IMG/VR virus record: IMGVR_UViG_3300045988_101835
DNA from: a virus
Direction: 5' to 3' (one strand)
Length of the DNA: 64,000 nucleotides
Position 1 is the first letter of the stretch; each line of letters opens with the position of its first letter. The translations under genes and the position numbers were made by a program. The notes under the pieces were generated by a model that saw only the letters and a program-made list of their open reading frames with translations, was not told the DNA's origin and did not search any database. Below are positions 49,853 to 59,700 of this stretch, piece after piece.

Positions 49853-49883
49853 CCGCCGAGGCTAGAGTGACCTCGGCGGTTTT
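49853..49883 (+). terminator. rho-independent terminator
   Basis: Perfect 9-bp stem ccgccgagg/cctcggcgg, followed by tttt. Confidence 0.75.
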
Positions 49884-49885
49884 GT

Positions 49886-49906
49886 GCAATTATATATCCT
49901 ATAAAT
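49886..49906 (+). promoter_or_regulatory. conserved phage motif (putative phage-specific promoter)
   Basis: gcaattatatatcctataaat, 37 nt upstream of the ATG at 49923. Confidence 0.5.
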
Positions 49907-49922
49907 ATTTATCAGGGTTACT

Positions 49923-52900
49923 ATGGCAAAGAAATCGCTCAAGACGGCTCGTCTTGCTTTGGAGACGTCGCCTACGCCGAAGGCTTCTGGGGATGTTCCT
50001 ACGCAGACGGTTACGCCGTTGAATGATCTTCCTATTCTCATATCGTCTACGGGTCAGAATGTCAATCTGGACACGTCTTTTGTTGTAGGTTACGCTCATG
50101 ATTCTACGGGATCGCCTTATGCTGTTCGCATGACGCTTCGCCAGCTTATGGCCTACGTCGGTGGGTCTGGTGGTTCGGACGGTAGCGGTGGAGGTAGTGG
50201 TGAGCCGGGTGCTACGGGTGACTACACATCCTTTGCCTTCAAGAAGAGTGATGATCAACCTGCCACGCCACAGAGTTCGAGTCCGCTTCCTGCGGGTTGG
50301 TCTGTGCTTCCGGATAGTGACGGTAAGTGGTGGATTTCGAGTTCTAAGGTTTCGGGTTCCACGAATACGACGTATGGTGGCTGGGGTCTTCCTCAGCCTA
50401 TTACCGCGGAGGATGGTGCTCCGGGGTCTATGGGTCCGGCGGGTCCTTTCATTGAGACACGCTACGCTGCTAATAATAGCTATACGGAGGCTCCTGCGTT
50501 AGCCAATCCTGCACTTCGTGATCCGGAGGGGTGGGTTGTCGGCAGTCAGTTTGATGCTGGTGACTTGAAGGCCGTATGGACTATCAATGCTAAGATTTCG
50601 TCGGAGACGGATGCCTTGATGACTAATTGGTCTACGCCTTTCTGCCTTACGGGCGGTGTTCCGGATTATCAGATCAACCGTTTTAAGAAGAGCGACACGG
50701 CGCCGTCGGCTCCTACGTCTCAGTCTCAGAATCCGTCGGGTTGGTTGGAGGCTCCTGATTCTACGGGTAAGTGGTGGATGACGGTTGGCTTGGTTAATGG
50801 CGCTGACGGTCTTGTTAAGGGCTGGTCTACGCCTATTCAGGCTACGGGTGAGGATGGTGTTGCTTCGGATTATTACAACTTCAAATATGCTGTCAATCAG
50901 GACCCGAATAATGCTCCTGCTGTAAATTCGACGAGTACCGATCCGGGTGAGGCTTGGGGCGACATTGTTCCTACTACGAATAAGGGTTGGTATTTGTGGA
51001 TGATTATTGGAAAATTCCACGAGGGTAAGTTGGAAGGTAACTGGTCTACTCCTGTTCGTTTGACGGGTCAGGATGGCACTAATGGTACTAACGGTACTGA
51101 TGGTACGGATGGTCATACGATTACTTCTCGTTATCAGATTACGAGTAGTCCGGATGACACGCCTAGTGTTAACCGCACGAATGCCAATCCGGGTTCTTTG
51201 TGGGCTGTTTCTGTAGATACTCCTGAGCTTGGTGAGGCCGTCTGGATGATTACTGCAGAGTTTACGGGTTCCGGGTCGCTTGTCGGCGAGTGGCAGGGTC
51301 CGTTCTGTATGACGGGTACGAAGGGTGAGCCGGGCACCTCTCCTACGCCGCCTAATTATACTTTCACGGTTTATGCTAAGAGTTCCTCGCAGCCGAGTGC
51401 TCCTGTGTCTCTTGATCCGGATGATTACAGTCCTTCGACTACTCCGTGGATGACGATTCCGGATTCGTCGGATGGCACTTGGTGGCAGTGTCTTGGTGTT
51501 GTTCTGGGGTCCACGGGTAAGGTTGATGAGTGGGGTTCTGTTTTGCCTTTGAATGGTAAGGACGGTACTGCTCAGAATGGCCGAGAGTCACGTCTTATCT
51601 TCAAGAAGACGAATAGCTGGTCGGAGGCTCCTGCTTTGGATACGAGTGCTGTGAATCCTCCGGGTTGGACTACGGATCAGTCTTCGTTGATGCCGCTTGG
51701 GGATGATGAGTACCTCTGGATGTCTTCGGGTATCATTGAGTCTACGGGTACTTCTATGTACCAGCCGTGGAGTACTCCTTGCTGCATCACTGTTCCGGGT
51801 CCTCAGGGTCAGCAGGGTCCTATTGGTGAGACGGGTAATCCGGGCGCTATGGGTCCGTCAGGGGTTCCGGGGGTTAGTATTGAGATTCGTTATAGTTTAG
51901 GGTCAGCTACTGCTTCCCTTGCTGCCGCTCCGGTTGGTAATGTTCGCAATCCGGAGGGCTGGTCTCTCACGCCGCCTACGCCGTCTTCGGGTGATGAGAC
52001 GAACATTTACATTTGGTTTGTTCAGGCTCGGTTGACGGATTACGTTCCGGGCGAGTCGGATGGTACGGTTATGGATGGTTGGTCCACTCCTGCACGTCTT
52101 TCGGGAGTTAATGGTGTTGATGGTATTGGCACGCCGGGCCGTGCGGGTCAGATTGTTTATCCTGCGGGTTTGTATTCTCCGGATGTTGTTTATACCTGCA
52201 CGGATAAGATAGCGCCTTATGTGTACGACACCTCGTCTAGTCCGGCTGCTTACTATGTTTTAAACACTATAGGTAACTGGCAGGGTTCTATTCAGCCTGC
52301 GGGATCTAACACTCCGTCTACGAGTGAGGACTGGGTTCTTATTGAGGCGTTTGATGCTATCATTACGAAGCTTGGTATCATTGCTAATGCTTTGATTGGG
52401 TCTGCTGTTTTTAACGGCGACTACATGTTTAGCATGCAGGGCATTAATGCAAAAGGCGCGTCTACCACTAATTACGAGAAGTTCAATGCGGGCAATCCGG
52501 ATGAGGTCTTCCGGGTTTACTGCTATGGTGGTTTATCCACTCTGTCTAAGCCTACGAGTACCGATCCTAGTTCTTTCCCGTCGGGGTCGGGTTCTAGTTG
52601 GCAGCGCTATCCGACTTCCACTAACGGTTGGTATGTTTGTAGCGGTATTATCGACGGCGATACGGGTCAGATTTCCGAGTGGGGTGACGTTCAGGTTTAC
52701 TCTAATTCTCAAGTGGGTTATACGACTATTTGGGCTTACGGTGATTCTTATTTGTCAGCTCCGCCGCTGGATAAGTACTCTGCCAATCCTGCAGGGTGGA
52801 CTTCGGATTTCAGTTCGCTTTCCGGCAGTGGTTACTTGTGGTTCGCCACGGGTTACAGTAAAGTGGGAGTAGTTGATGACGAGACTAGTAATGTTACTCC

Positions 52901-53966
52901 GTGGCAGTATCCGCAGTGCGGTAATGCACCTATTGCTACGGGTCCGGCATTTACTCCTAACATCATGTTTAACTTCGCTACGGGTGAGGGGCACCTTGCT
53001 GCAGGTAAGATCAAGTTTGCTTCGGATGGTAGTGTTATACTTAATAACCTTCTCATTAAGAATTCAATAATGCAGGACTTCACTTCGTATGATATTAGTG
53101 ATGGTGCTGAGTTTTCGATTACTGCCTTGCATTCTGCCATTGAAGGTTATCCGTCGTCTCCGTCGTTAGGTTACATTAATGGTACTTTTAATTTTTATGG
53201 TCTAGGGCTATCGGCTAAGGAGACTTATTCTGGTTCTATTCGTAATGATTCCACAGCGACGGTTCGTCTGTCTTACTCTTATTTTGGTTCTGGTTCGGGT
53301 ACTAATGTTCAGATAATTAATGGTATTTTCTTGCCGTGTTCCTCGTCTTCGAATGTGTCTTCGAGTAATTCGTCGATAGCTCATTTCATTGATAAGGTTC
53401 AGTTGCAACCGGGGGCTTCTATGAAGTTCAATCTTGCTGTAGGTAACTTGGATTATCCGGTTTCAGGTCAGATGTCAGCTCGGATGTATATTACGAATGC
53501 TAGTGATTTTGAGTACTCTTATACTTCCAATTCGGCTTCGGGTCGTCCGCCTAGAATAGGCGGTGCGAATTTCCGAGGCGCTGACTTCTCTGTAGCTTCG
53601 TCATTGGTAGGCATATTACGTTATGAGTATGATGGTAATGGGGATCGTCTTTCCACTATTATTGTAAATAAACTTCGTTCGGGGTTGCAGTATAATGTCG
53701 TTTCGGAGAGTAAGTTTTCTATTACGTTTTCGCTTTCCGGTACAGATTGTCCTACAGGTCAGAGTTTAGCGGTTCTAGCTCAGTCCTCTCGTTCGAAGAG
53801 CGGTTCTTTTATGTATCCTGTATATGCCTGTGTTGATTATGATAGGACTGCTTCCCCTATTCAGTTTACTGTTTCAACTATAGCAGGTGCTTCAGGGTCT
53901 TCTTTGGATTATGGCGGTGCTGTTTTAGTGTTTATCTATGATATGGGCGATACTTCATCCTTGTAG
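49923..53966 (+). CDS. tail-fibre-like protein with collagen-like Gly-X-Y segments (1347 aa)
   Basis: 'GQDGTNGTNGTDGTDG' (about 51066-51113) and 'GPQGQQGPIGETGNPGAMGPSGVPG' (about 51795-51872). A recurring 'GW...P...GKWW' module occurs in the N-terminal third. Confidence 0.7.
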   Translation: MAKKSLKTARLALETSPTPKASGDVPTQTVTPLNDLPILISSTGQNVNLDTSFVVGYAHDSTGSPYAVRMTLRQLMAYVGGSGGSDGSGGGSGEPGATGDYTSFAFKKSDDQPATPQSSSPLPAGWSVLPDSDGKWWISSSKVSGSTNTTYGGWGLPQPITAEDGAPGSMGPAGPFIETRYAANNSYTEAPALANPALRDPEGWVVGSQFDAGDLKAVWTINAKISSETDALMTNWSTPFCLTGGVPDYQINRFKKSDTAPSAPTSQSQNPSGWLEAPDSTGKWWMTVGLVNGADGLVKGWSTPIQATGEDGVASDYYNFKYAVNQDPNNAPAVNSTSTDPGEAWGDIVPTTNKGWYLWMIIGKFHEGKLEGNWSTPVRLTGQDGTNGTNGTDGTDGHTITSRYQITSSPDDTPSVNRTNANPGSLWAVSVDTPELGEAVWMITAEFTGSGSLVGEWQGPFCMTGTKGEPGTSPTPPNYTFTVYAKSSSQPSAPVSLDPDDYSPSTTPWMTIPDSSDGTWWQCLGVVLGSTGKVDEWGSVLPLNGKDGTAQNGRESRLIFKKTNSWSEAPALDTSAVNPPGWTTDQSSLMPLGDDEYLWMSSGIIESTGTSMYQPWSTPCCITVPGPQGQQGPIGETGNPGAMGPSGVPGVSIEIRYSLGSATASLAAAPVGNVRNPEGWSLTPPTPSSGDETNIYIWFVQARLTDYVPGESDGTVMDGWSTPARLSGVNGVDGIGTPGRAGQIVYPAGLYSPDVVYTCTDKIAPYVYDTSSSPAAYYVLNTIGNWQGSIQPAGSNTPSTSEDWVLIEAFDAIITKLGIIANALIGSAVFNGDYMFSMQGINAKGASTTNYEKFNAGNPDEVFRVYCYGGLSTLSKPTSTDPSSFPSGSGSSWQRYPTSTNGWYVCSGIIDGDTGQISEWGDVQVYSNSQVGYTTIWAYGDSYLSAPPLDKYSANPAGWTSDFSSLSGSGYLWFATGYSKVGVVDDETSNVTPWQYPQCGNAPIATGPAFTPNIMFNFATGEGHLAAGKIKFASDGSVILNNLLIKNSIMQDFTSYDISDGAEFSITALHSAIEGYPSSPSLGYINGTFNFYGLGLSAKETYSGSIRNDSTATVRLSYSYFGSGSGTNVQIINGIFLPCSSSSNVSSSNSSIAHFIDKVQLQPGASMKFNLAVGNLDYPVSGQMSARMYITNASDFEYSYTSNSASGRPPRIGGANFRGADFSVASSLVGILRYEYDGNGDRLSTIIVNKLRSGLQYNVVSESKFSITFSLSGTDCPTGQSLAVLAQSSRSKSGSFMYPVYACVDYDRTASPIQFTVSTIAGASGSSLDYGGAVLVFIYDMGDTSSL

Positions 53967-53990
53967 TTAGATTGTGTATCATTTTGTTTT

Positions 53991-54025
53991 CGTGGCTGCT
54001 GTTCTGGCAGCCACGTTTTTTTTTT
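53991..54025 (+). terminator. rho-independent terminator
   Basis: cgtggctgc/gcagccacg stem followed by T10. Confidence 0.8.
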
Positions 54026-54286
54026 GCAATTATTAAGGTTGTTCCTGAGACCGTGGGGGTCTTTACAGGATTCCGGACGCGTGAGGGCTTGCATCCTATT
54101 TTCGATGGCGATGTGATTTTTGATAGGGTTAACAATGTGTATAACGTAGAGTGTCGTGTTGGAGGTGTTTATGTAGTTTCTGGTGGAATTTCTATGTTAC
54201 TATCGTCCTGTGCGGATGCTAACGCTACCGTTGACTTAACGTTGGTTGAGACACACTTTTTGTGATGCTTAGTACGTTTACGAGGC

Positions 54287-54520
54287 ATGCGTTCAGGTGT
54301 TGTTCTACATCGTCGGGTCCGGGGCTTTTCTGAGTCTAAGCTCATCTCTGCTGCGTGCGGTTCAGGTGTTTATGCTCATGTTCGGTCGGAGTCGGTTCCA
54401 CATGGCAAGAGCTTTGTGCGATTCATCTGGTTCAAGCATTTACTTTCGGATCGTTATTGGTGGGTTCGTTGCACCCGTAATGGGTGGGTGTCTGAAGGCT
54501 ATACTGAGGAGTTAACTTAA
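54287..54520 (+). CDS. hypothetical small protein; frame ambiguous
   Basis: Two overlapping open frames (54287-54520 and 54297-54515) both have acceptable third-position bias, and I cannot choose between them by eye. Confidence 0.3.
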   Translation: MRSGVVLHRRVRGFSESKLISAACGSGVYAHVRSESVPHGKSFVRFIWFKHLLSDRYWWVRCTRNGWVSEGYTEELT

Positions 54521-54534
54521 CTTTTTTCTTAATA

Positions 54535-55317
54535 ATGAGTAATTCTATTTGCGTTTCATACGCTGATTTAATCAGCATTAGTCCGGCTACGGATATTTCG
54601 AATGTTGCTTTTGAGTCTGTAGCTTTGTCGCCTGCGCAGGTTCATGATTACGCTGCTAGTTGTTATGCTACTAGTAAGCGTAACGGCTTCTGGGCGGAGG
54701 ACTGGCCTATCACTCGCAATACGGCTATGATGACTTGCGAGATGGCGGAGGTTCTGGAGGTCTTTCGTAAGAGTTCGGATCGTGTTAAGGCTGGTGTTGA
54801 TGTTCCTAGAGACACCCTCATTGCCCTCATGGAGGAGAGTGGTCTTTTCCTTCGTCATGGCGAGCCTGCGGATGAGCTTTCGGATGATGCTGCGGATCAG
54901 TGGTATAAGGATGCTTACGCTAAGATTGTGAAGGGCTATCCTCAGGAGGAGATTACAGATGTTGCTATTTATCTTCTGGATGCTATTGGTCACAATAATT
55001 GGGGTGTGCTATTCGATTGTGCCGAGGATGGTATTAATCATTTTCTCGCGCAGTCTAGTATTGAGAGATGTAATCCATTCTTTAATTCGGTTTCGTCGGA
55101 GTATATGTTCCGCAATGCGCATCCTACGGAGATTGCATGCGAGTTCTATGCTATTTTGTTTGCATTTAAGGGTCCTGTGGAATACCACGCGGGCTTTCTG
55201 CTGCGTTTCTTGGAGAAGTGGATGTTCAGTATGGGTTGGGACTTCCAGTGGCACCTGCGGGCTAAAATGCTCTATAACAATTTGCGCTCCCCTATGCATG
55301 GCGGGAAGAAGTTCTAG
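54535..55317 (+). CDS. MazG-like nucleotide pyrophosphohydrolase domain protein
   Basis: 'MTCEMAEVLEVFRK' (ExxE) and 'EEITDVAIYLLDAIG' (E..D) resemble the all-alpha NTP-PPase metal-binding helices. Confidence 0.45.
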   Translation: MSNSICVSYADLISISPATDISNVAFESVALSPAQVHDYAASCYATSKRNGFWAEDWPITRNTAMMTCEMAEVLEVFRKSSDRVKAGVDVPRDTLIALMEESGLFLRHGEPADELSDDAADQWYKDAYAKIVKGYPQEEITDVAIYLLDAIGHNNWGVLFDCAEDGINHFLAQSSIERCNPFFNSVSSEYMFRNAHPTEIACEFYAILFAFKGPVEYHAGFLLRFLEKWMFSMGWDFQWHLRAKMLYNNLRSPMHGGKKF

Positions 55318-55350
55318 GAGACGTAGGGCATTTCCATCTTTTAGTTTCAA

Positions 55351-55375
55351 GCTCCGGTGTTAGCCGGGGCTTTTT
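55351..55375 (+). terminator. rho-independent terminator
   Basis: gctccgg/ccggggc stem (one G:U pair) followed by T5. Confidence 0.6.
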
Positions 55376-55396
55376 GTTTGGGTTCTAGGGGCAATC

Positions 55397-55417
55397 GCAA
55401 TTATATATCCCATAAAT
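55397..55417 (+). promoter_or_regulatory. conserved phage motif (putative phage-specific promoter)
   Basis: gcaattatatatcccataaat, 34 nt upstream of the ATG at 55431. Confidence 0.5.
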
Positions 55418-55430
55418 GTTTTAGAGGCGT

Positions 55431-55865
55431 ATGTGGGGATTTTTGAAGTCGGTTTTTTGTAGCGCGTGGGGTTTCTGCGTGGCGTACTTTGCTCCTACAT
55501 GGCATGTTCTTACGATCCTGTCTATTTTGGTTGTTGCGGACTGGGTTACGGGTATTTTCGCATCTCGTAAGGCGAATATTGATATTACGAGTCGTCGTCT
55601 CACGCACTCTGTTGTTAAGTGGTTATGTTACATTACGGCCATTTTGCTGACGTTCATGGCGGAGCAGGCGTTGACTTTGGAGTTTAATTTTTATTTGTTC
55701 ACGGCGGGTTACATTTACGGTTGTGAGATTCTGAGTATCTTTGAGAACCTTGCGGTCATTTCGGATTCGGATGTTTACCTTCGTATTTTGGCGGTCATTC
55801 GTGGTAAGAGCAAAGACATGGCGGGCGTCAAGGATGCTCTTAATGAAGAGATGAAGGGGAAGTAG
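55431..55865 (+). CDS. holin (Phage_holin_4_1-like)
   Basis: 'ILVVADWVTGIFASRKA...S..L..SVVKW' and 'YIYGCEILSIFENLAVIS' match the toxin-secretion/phage-lysis holin family pattern (D..TG...A ... E.iSi.EN). Three TM segments. Confidence 0.7.
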   Translation: MWGFLKSVFCSAWGFCVAYFAPTWHVLTILSILVVADWVTGIFASRKANIDITSRRLTHSVVKWLCYITAILLTFMAEQALTLEFNFYLFTAGYIYGCEILSIFENLAVISDSDVYLRILAVIRGKSKDMAGVKDALNEEMKGK

Positions 55866-55866
55866 G

Positions 55867-56247
55867 ATGTTCGATGTTTTTCATAGCAGCGTTGGTTTTT
55901 TCTATCGTCAGGAGGAGATAGACTTGTCGTTTACGCTCATGAAGTGTGACGACGCGGTCTATGTTAAGGATTACGATATTGAGGTTTGTGTTTACACGTC
56001 TCAGCTCAGCAACCGCCTTTGGGTTGTGGACTATAGCGCGGGGTTCGTTCCGGAGTCGGAGCGTCACATTTCGGAGTCGGGTGCTTCTATTGTTCGGCGT
56101 CGTGAGAATTGGTATTTGATCTTGACGCCGGAGTTTCTTCACTTTTTGGAGCCGGGGGTCCTGACCTTCGGTATCCGGTATGTAGGTAGTTCATTTGATA
56201 CGGCTTCGGTCATTAAGACGCAGGAGCTTCGTGACATTCGTTTTTAA
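55867..56247 (+). CDS. hypothetical protein
   Basis: 126-aa ORF. Confidence 0.55.
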   Translation: MFDVFHSSVGFFYRQEEIDLSFTLMKCDDAVYVKDYDIEVCVYTSQLSNRLWVVDYSAGFVPESERHISESGASIVRRRENWYLILTPEFLHFLEPGVLTFGIRYVGSSFDTASVIKTQELRDIRF

Positions 56248-56771
56248 TGTTTGAGATTATGGCGAATCCGATTTCCAAGTTTCAGTATGCCGATCCGAAT
56301 GATCTCATGAATCCGTACGCTTACGGTGTTCGTGAGGCCTATTGTGGTTACTATACTGTCTGCTATGCTTTGCCGTCGCGTCCGTCGTTTGCTCCGGTTC
56401 CGGCGGATAGCATTACTTTGTCTTCGGCGGGTGTTTCTCTCAGTGTCATGGACCGTCGCAAGTGTATTGATATTGTCTCCTATCCTGCTGTTGACGTTTC
56501 GTTTTCGCAGGATGTTACTTCTCTGGGTGTGAATGACTACGGCGCTCAGGAGTGGCGTTGGTATTTTGATCCGGATCATCCTGATTCGTTCATTTGCTTT
56601 CAGTTGGTTGTTCATGGTGATCCGTCGGATGTTGATATGGTCAATCAGTGTTTTGTCATTGACGTATGCCCGGCGTCGCCTTACATTCCTGCAGGTGCTA
56701 TGACGTGCACTTTCAGCACGGGTCAGGTTTTGTCGTCGGTTGATGTTTCTATAGAGGCAACATGGGTATAG
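56247..56771 (+). CDS. hypothetical protein
   Basis: 174-aa ORF whose start abuts the upstream stop. Confidence 0.55.
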   Translation: MFEIMANPISKFQYADPNDLMNPYAYGVREAYCGYYTVCYALPSRPSFAPVPADSITLSSAGVSLSVMDRRKCIDIVSYPAVDVSFSQDVTSLGVNDYGAQEWRWYFDPDHPDSFICFQLVVHGDPSDVDMVNQCFVIDVCPASPYIPAGAMTCTFSTGQVLSSVDVSIEATWV

Positions 56772-56774
56772 AGT

Positions 56775-59700
56775 ATGGCTTCAGTAAGTGGTGATTTTAA
56801 AGAGGGAGGCCAGTGGACAGCCACGGCTTCGTCGTTTTCGGGTAATCAGACGGTTTCGTTGTCTGCCGATGTTAATCCGTTGTCTAAGGTTCGGACGGCG
56901 GATTTGACTATTTCGGCGGCGGGTGTTTCTAAGTCTTGTACGGTTAGTCTTACGCAGGAGGCTTCGGTGTTCGAGGCCGAGCTTACGGTGGTAGCCATTC
57001 CGGCTTTTGCTGCAGGAGGTAGTTCTTATACTGCTACTTCTACTAGTGGTCATATTACTATTAAGCGTAATGGTGTAGTTATTGACGACAGAAACGTAAT
57101 GCCTGCGTTTAGGTTTAAGTCGGGTTCTGAGGTGTCGTGGGTTACGCTTTCCGGTGGGAGTGGCAGTTGGGTTTATACTATTACGGCGGAGAATCGTGCT
57201 TTGGTCGCGGGTGGTGCTCGGAGTGCTGCTATTGAGGCTCAGTACTCTCTTGACGTTGGTGGTGTCCAGACTTTGTTGGTTTGTGATGTTCCTATTAGTC
57301 AAGCTGCCAACTTCGTAGAGACGGTTTCGGTTTCCGATGCTTCGTTTGCTTACAGCACCATTGCGGCTAAGGGTGCGACTGTCACTCCGACTACGGATTC
57401 GACTATCGTGGTTACGATGTCTTCGGGTTCTGTTTTGTCGTCTGCATCCGCTATTGCTGGATATACATATGCTCTCACGCCGTCGTTCTCTATGACTAAC
57501 GGTAGTGGCTTCACTTTGAATAGCACTACTACGGGATCGCTTACGGCAGCTTCTATGGGTACGACGCTTGGTTCTCGCCAGTCACCGACTATTACTTATT
57601 CTCTTTCGTTGACTTACACTCCTTCTTCGGAGTTGTCGGCTTTAGGTGCTAAGACCGTTTCGGGTTCTGATTCGAGTACGGGTACGGCCACGCAGGGTGT
57701 TAACGAGGTTACGAGCAGTACGCTTGCAGTTACAGCATTTAATTATCAGGGTACGGTTGCGGCTTCAGGCGGGACGTCGGTTGCTCCTAACATCAGGGTA
57801 CAGAAGAATCGTGTTTACACTTCTGGTGCTACGGATTCTGTTCCTGTCACGACCTATACTAAGACTTTCAGTATTGTTAACGATTACGATTCGGGCGCTA
57901 CGATTGATACCTCTACGGGTCTGGTTACGTTCCCGTCCCGTGGTACGACGGTGGGTCTATTACTGAATATACAAGTTGGTCTTGTTGTTTCGGCAGATGG
58001 GCTGTCTGTATATTCGCATGCGGGTTGTACTCAGGCTATGAATAAGATCGAGTCGTTCGTTGTCATGGACATTTCGTTTGACTGGCCGCAGTTCTCACCT
58101 GCGGGTGAGTCTCATTTGCCTACGCATGTTGGCGAGTGGTGTCAGGCGACTTATTCGAGTGGTGTTACGGGCGAGCGTGCTAAGCCGCCCGTGGGTTATA
58201 CTATTGCTTCTAATACTGCGGTTTACTCTTTGGCCGAGTCATCTTCGGTCTTTACGATTGTAGATGCTTCTACGGGTGAGGTTTCGGCAGCGAATATGGG
58301 AACTACTCTTGGCTCCCGCACGTCGCCGTATATTTGGAAGGATATAACGATTGTTTTAGCTGCGGGTTCTTGGGCTAATGGGACTGTTGAGAATATCAGT
58401 GGTACGGGTCGTGCACGTAATGTTGCCAATCAGGGTGTCAATGAGATTACTTATAGTGATCTTACCATTAAGACTTTTTCGTATTTTGATACGTCTACGG
58501 TTTTGGCATCGGGAGGCACGTCGGTTCCGCGTTTGTTTGCTACGGAGACTCAGACCTATACTTCGGGTTCTGTTGTTTCAGATGTTCCAGTCACGGGTGG
58601 TTCCTTCGCGTTGACTACTTCGGGTCATGGTGCTTCTGTCGATTCAAGTACGGGCGTTGTTACGTATGCTTCGCGCGGATCTGTAGCAGGAGATGCTTGG
58701 TCTGATAGTGTCACTTGGACTTTGACGTCGCATGGTCTTACTGCTACGAAGTCAGCTTCTGTTTCGCAGGAGGCTAACGTTGCTGTTTATGGCCCCCCCG
58801 TTGTATCTCTTTCTTACTCTGACGTTCCGGCCAAGGGTGGCAGCGTTGCTCCCACGAAGTCTTTCCGTCAGACTGTGACTTATACTTCCGGTAGTACGGG
58901 TACTCCGGTTACGTCGGGCGGTTCTTGGAGTTATAGTGGCACCAATGTCAACACCTCTACAGGTGCGGTATCTGCTAGCGCATTAGGAGTTACTGTTAAG
59001 GCTCGTACGAAGATTACGGATGCTACCGCTACGGTGACGGTGAACGGCAAGTCGGGTTCTGCTAGTGCTGCTGTTTACCAGCAGGAGAACTACGTTTTGT
59101 CGATTGCGATTAAGGGTCAGAACTGGGTTACGCCTGTCAGTCCTACGTTGTCTTTCCCGGCTGAAGGCGCTACGAATTCTTATACATGTTACGGGACCTT
59201 TACTTCCGGCACGGTTAGAGTTCAGAACTTCGCTTTGGATGACTGGGATCTTTCGAACTCGGCATTTACTAAGGTTTTAAATACTAACGTGCTGCTTACC
59301 GTGACTGCTCCGTCTCGCGGGACTACGGTAGGTGCTGCTCGGACTTCGACTTTGACGGTAACGCTGAATAATAGCAACACGAATAATAAGACGCTGACGG
59401 ATTCTGTTACTCTCACGCAGGAGGCTAATGCTATTGTTTCGTATGGCACTCCGGTTGTGTCGGTGTCTTACGCAGATATTCCTGCGGGTGGTGGTAGTGT
59501 TACGCCGTCGAAGTCCTTCACGCAGGCAACAACTTATACTTCAGGTTCTACGGGTTCTATCAGTTCTGGAGGTTCGTGGTCTTATAGTGGTACTGGCGTC
59601 AATACTTCCACGGGTGCTGTATCGGGGACTTCGTTAGGCACCACTGAGGTTTCCCGCACGAAGAAGACGGATGCCACGGCCACCGTCACTATTAACGGCA

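Noticed and set aside
53972-54265. 97-aa ORF in the track
   Set aside because: Its first third is the terminator hairpin and T-run. A shorter GTG-initiated version (54053-54265) is possible but unsupported.
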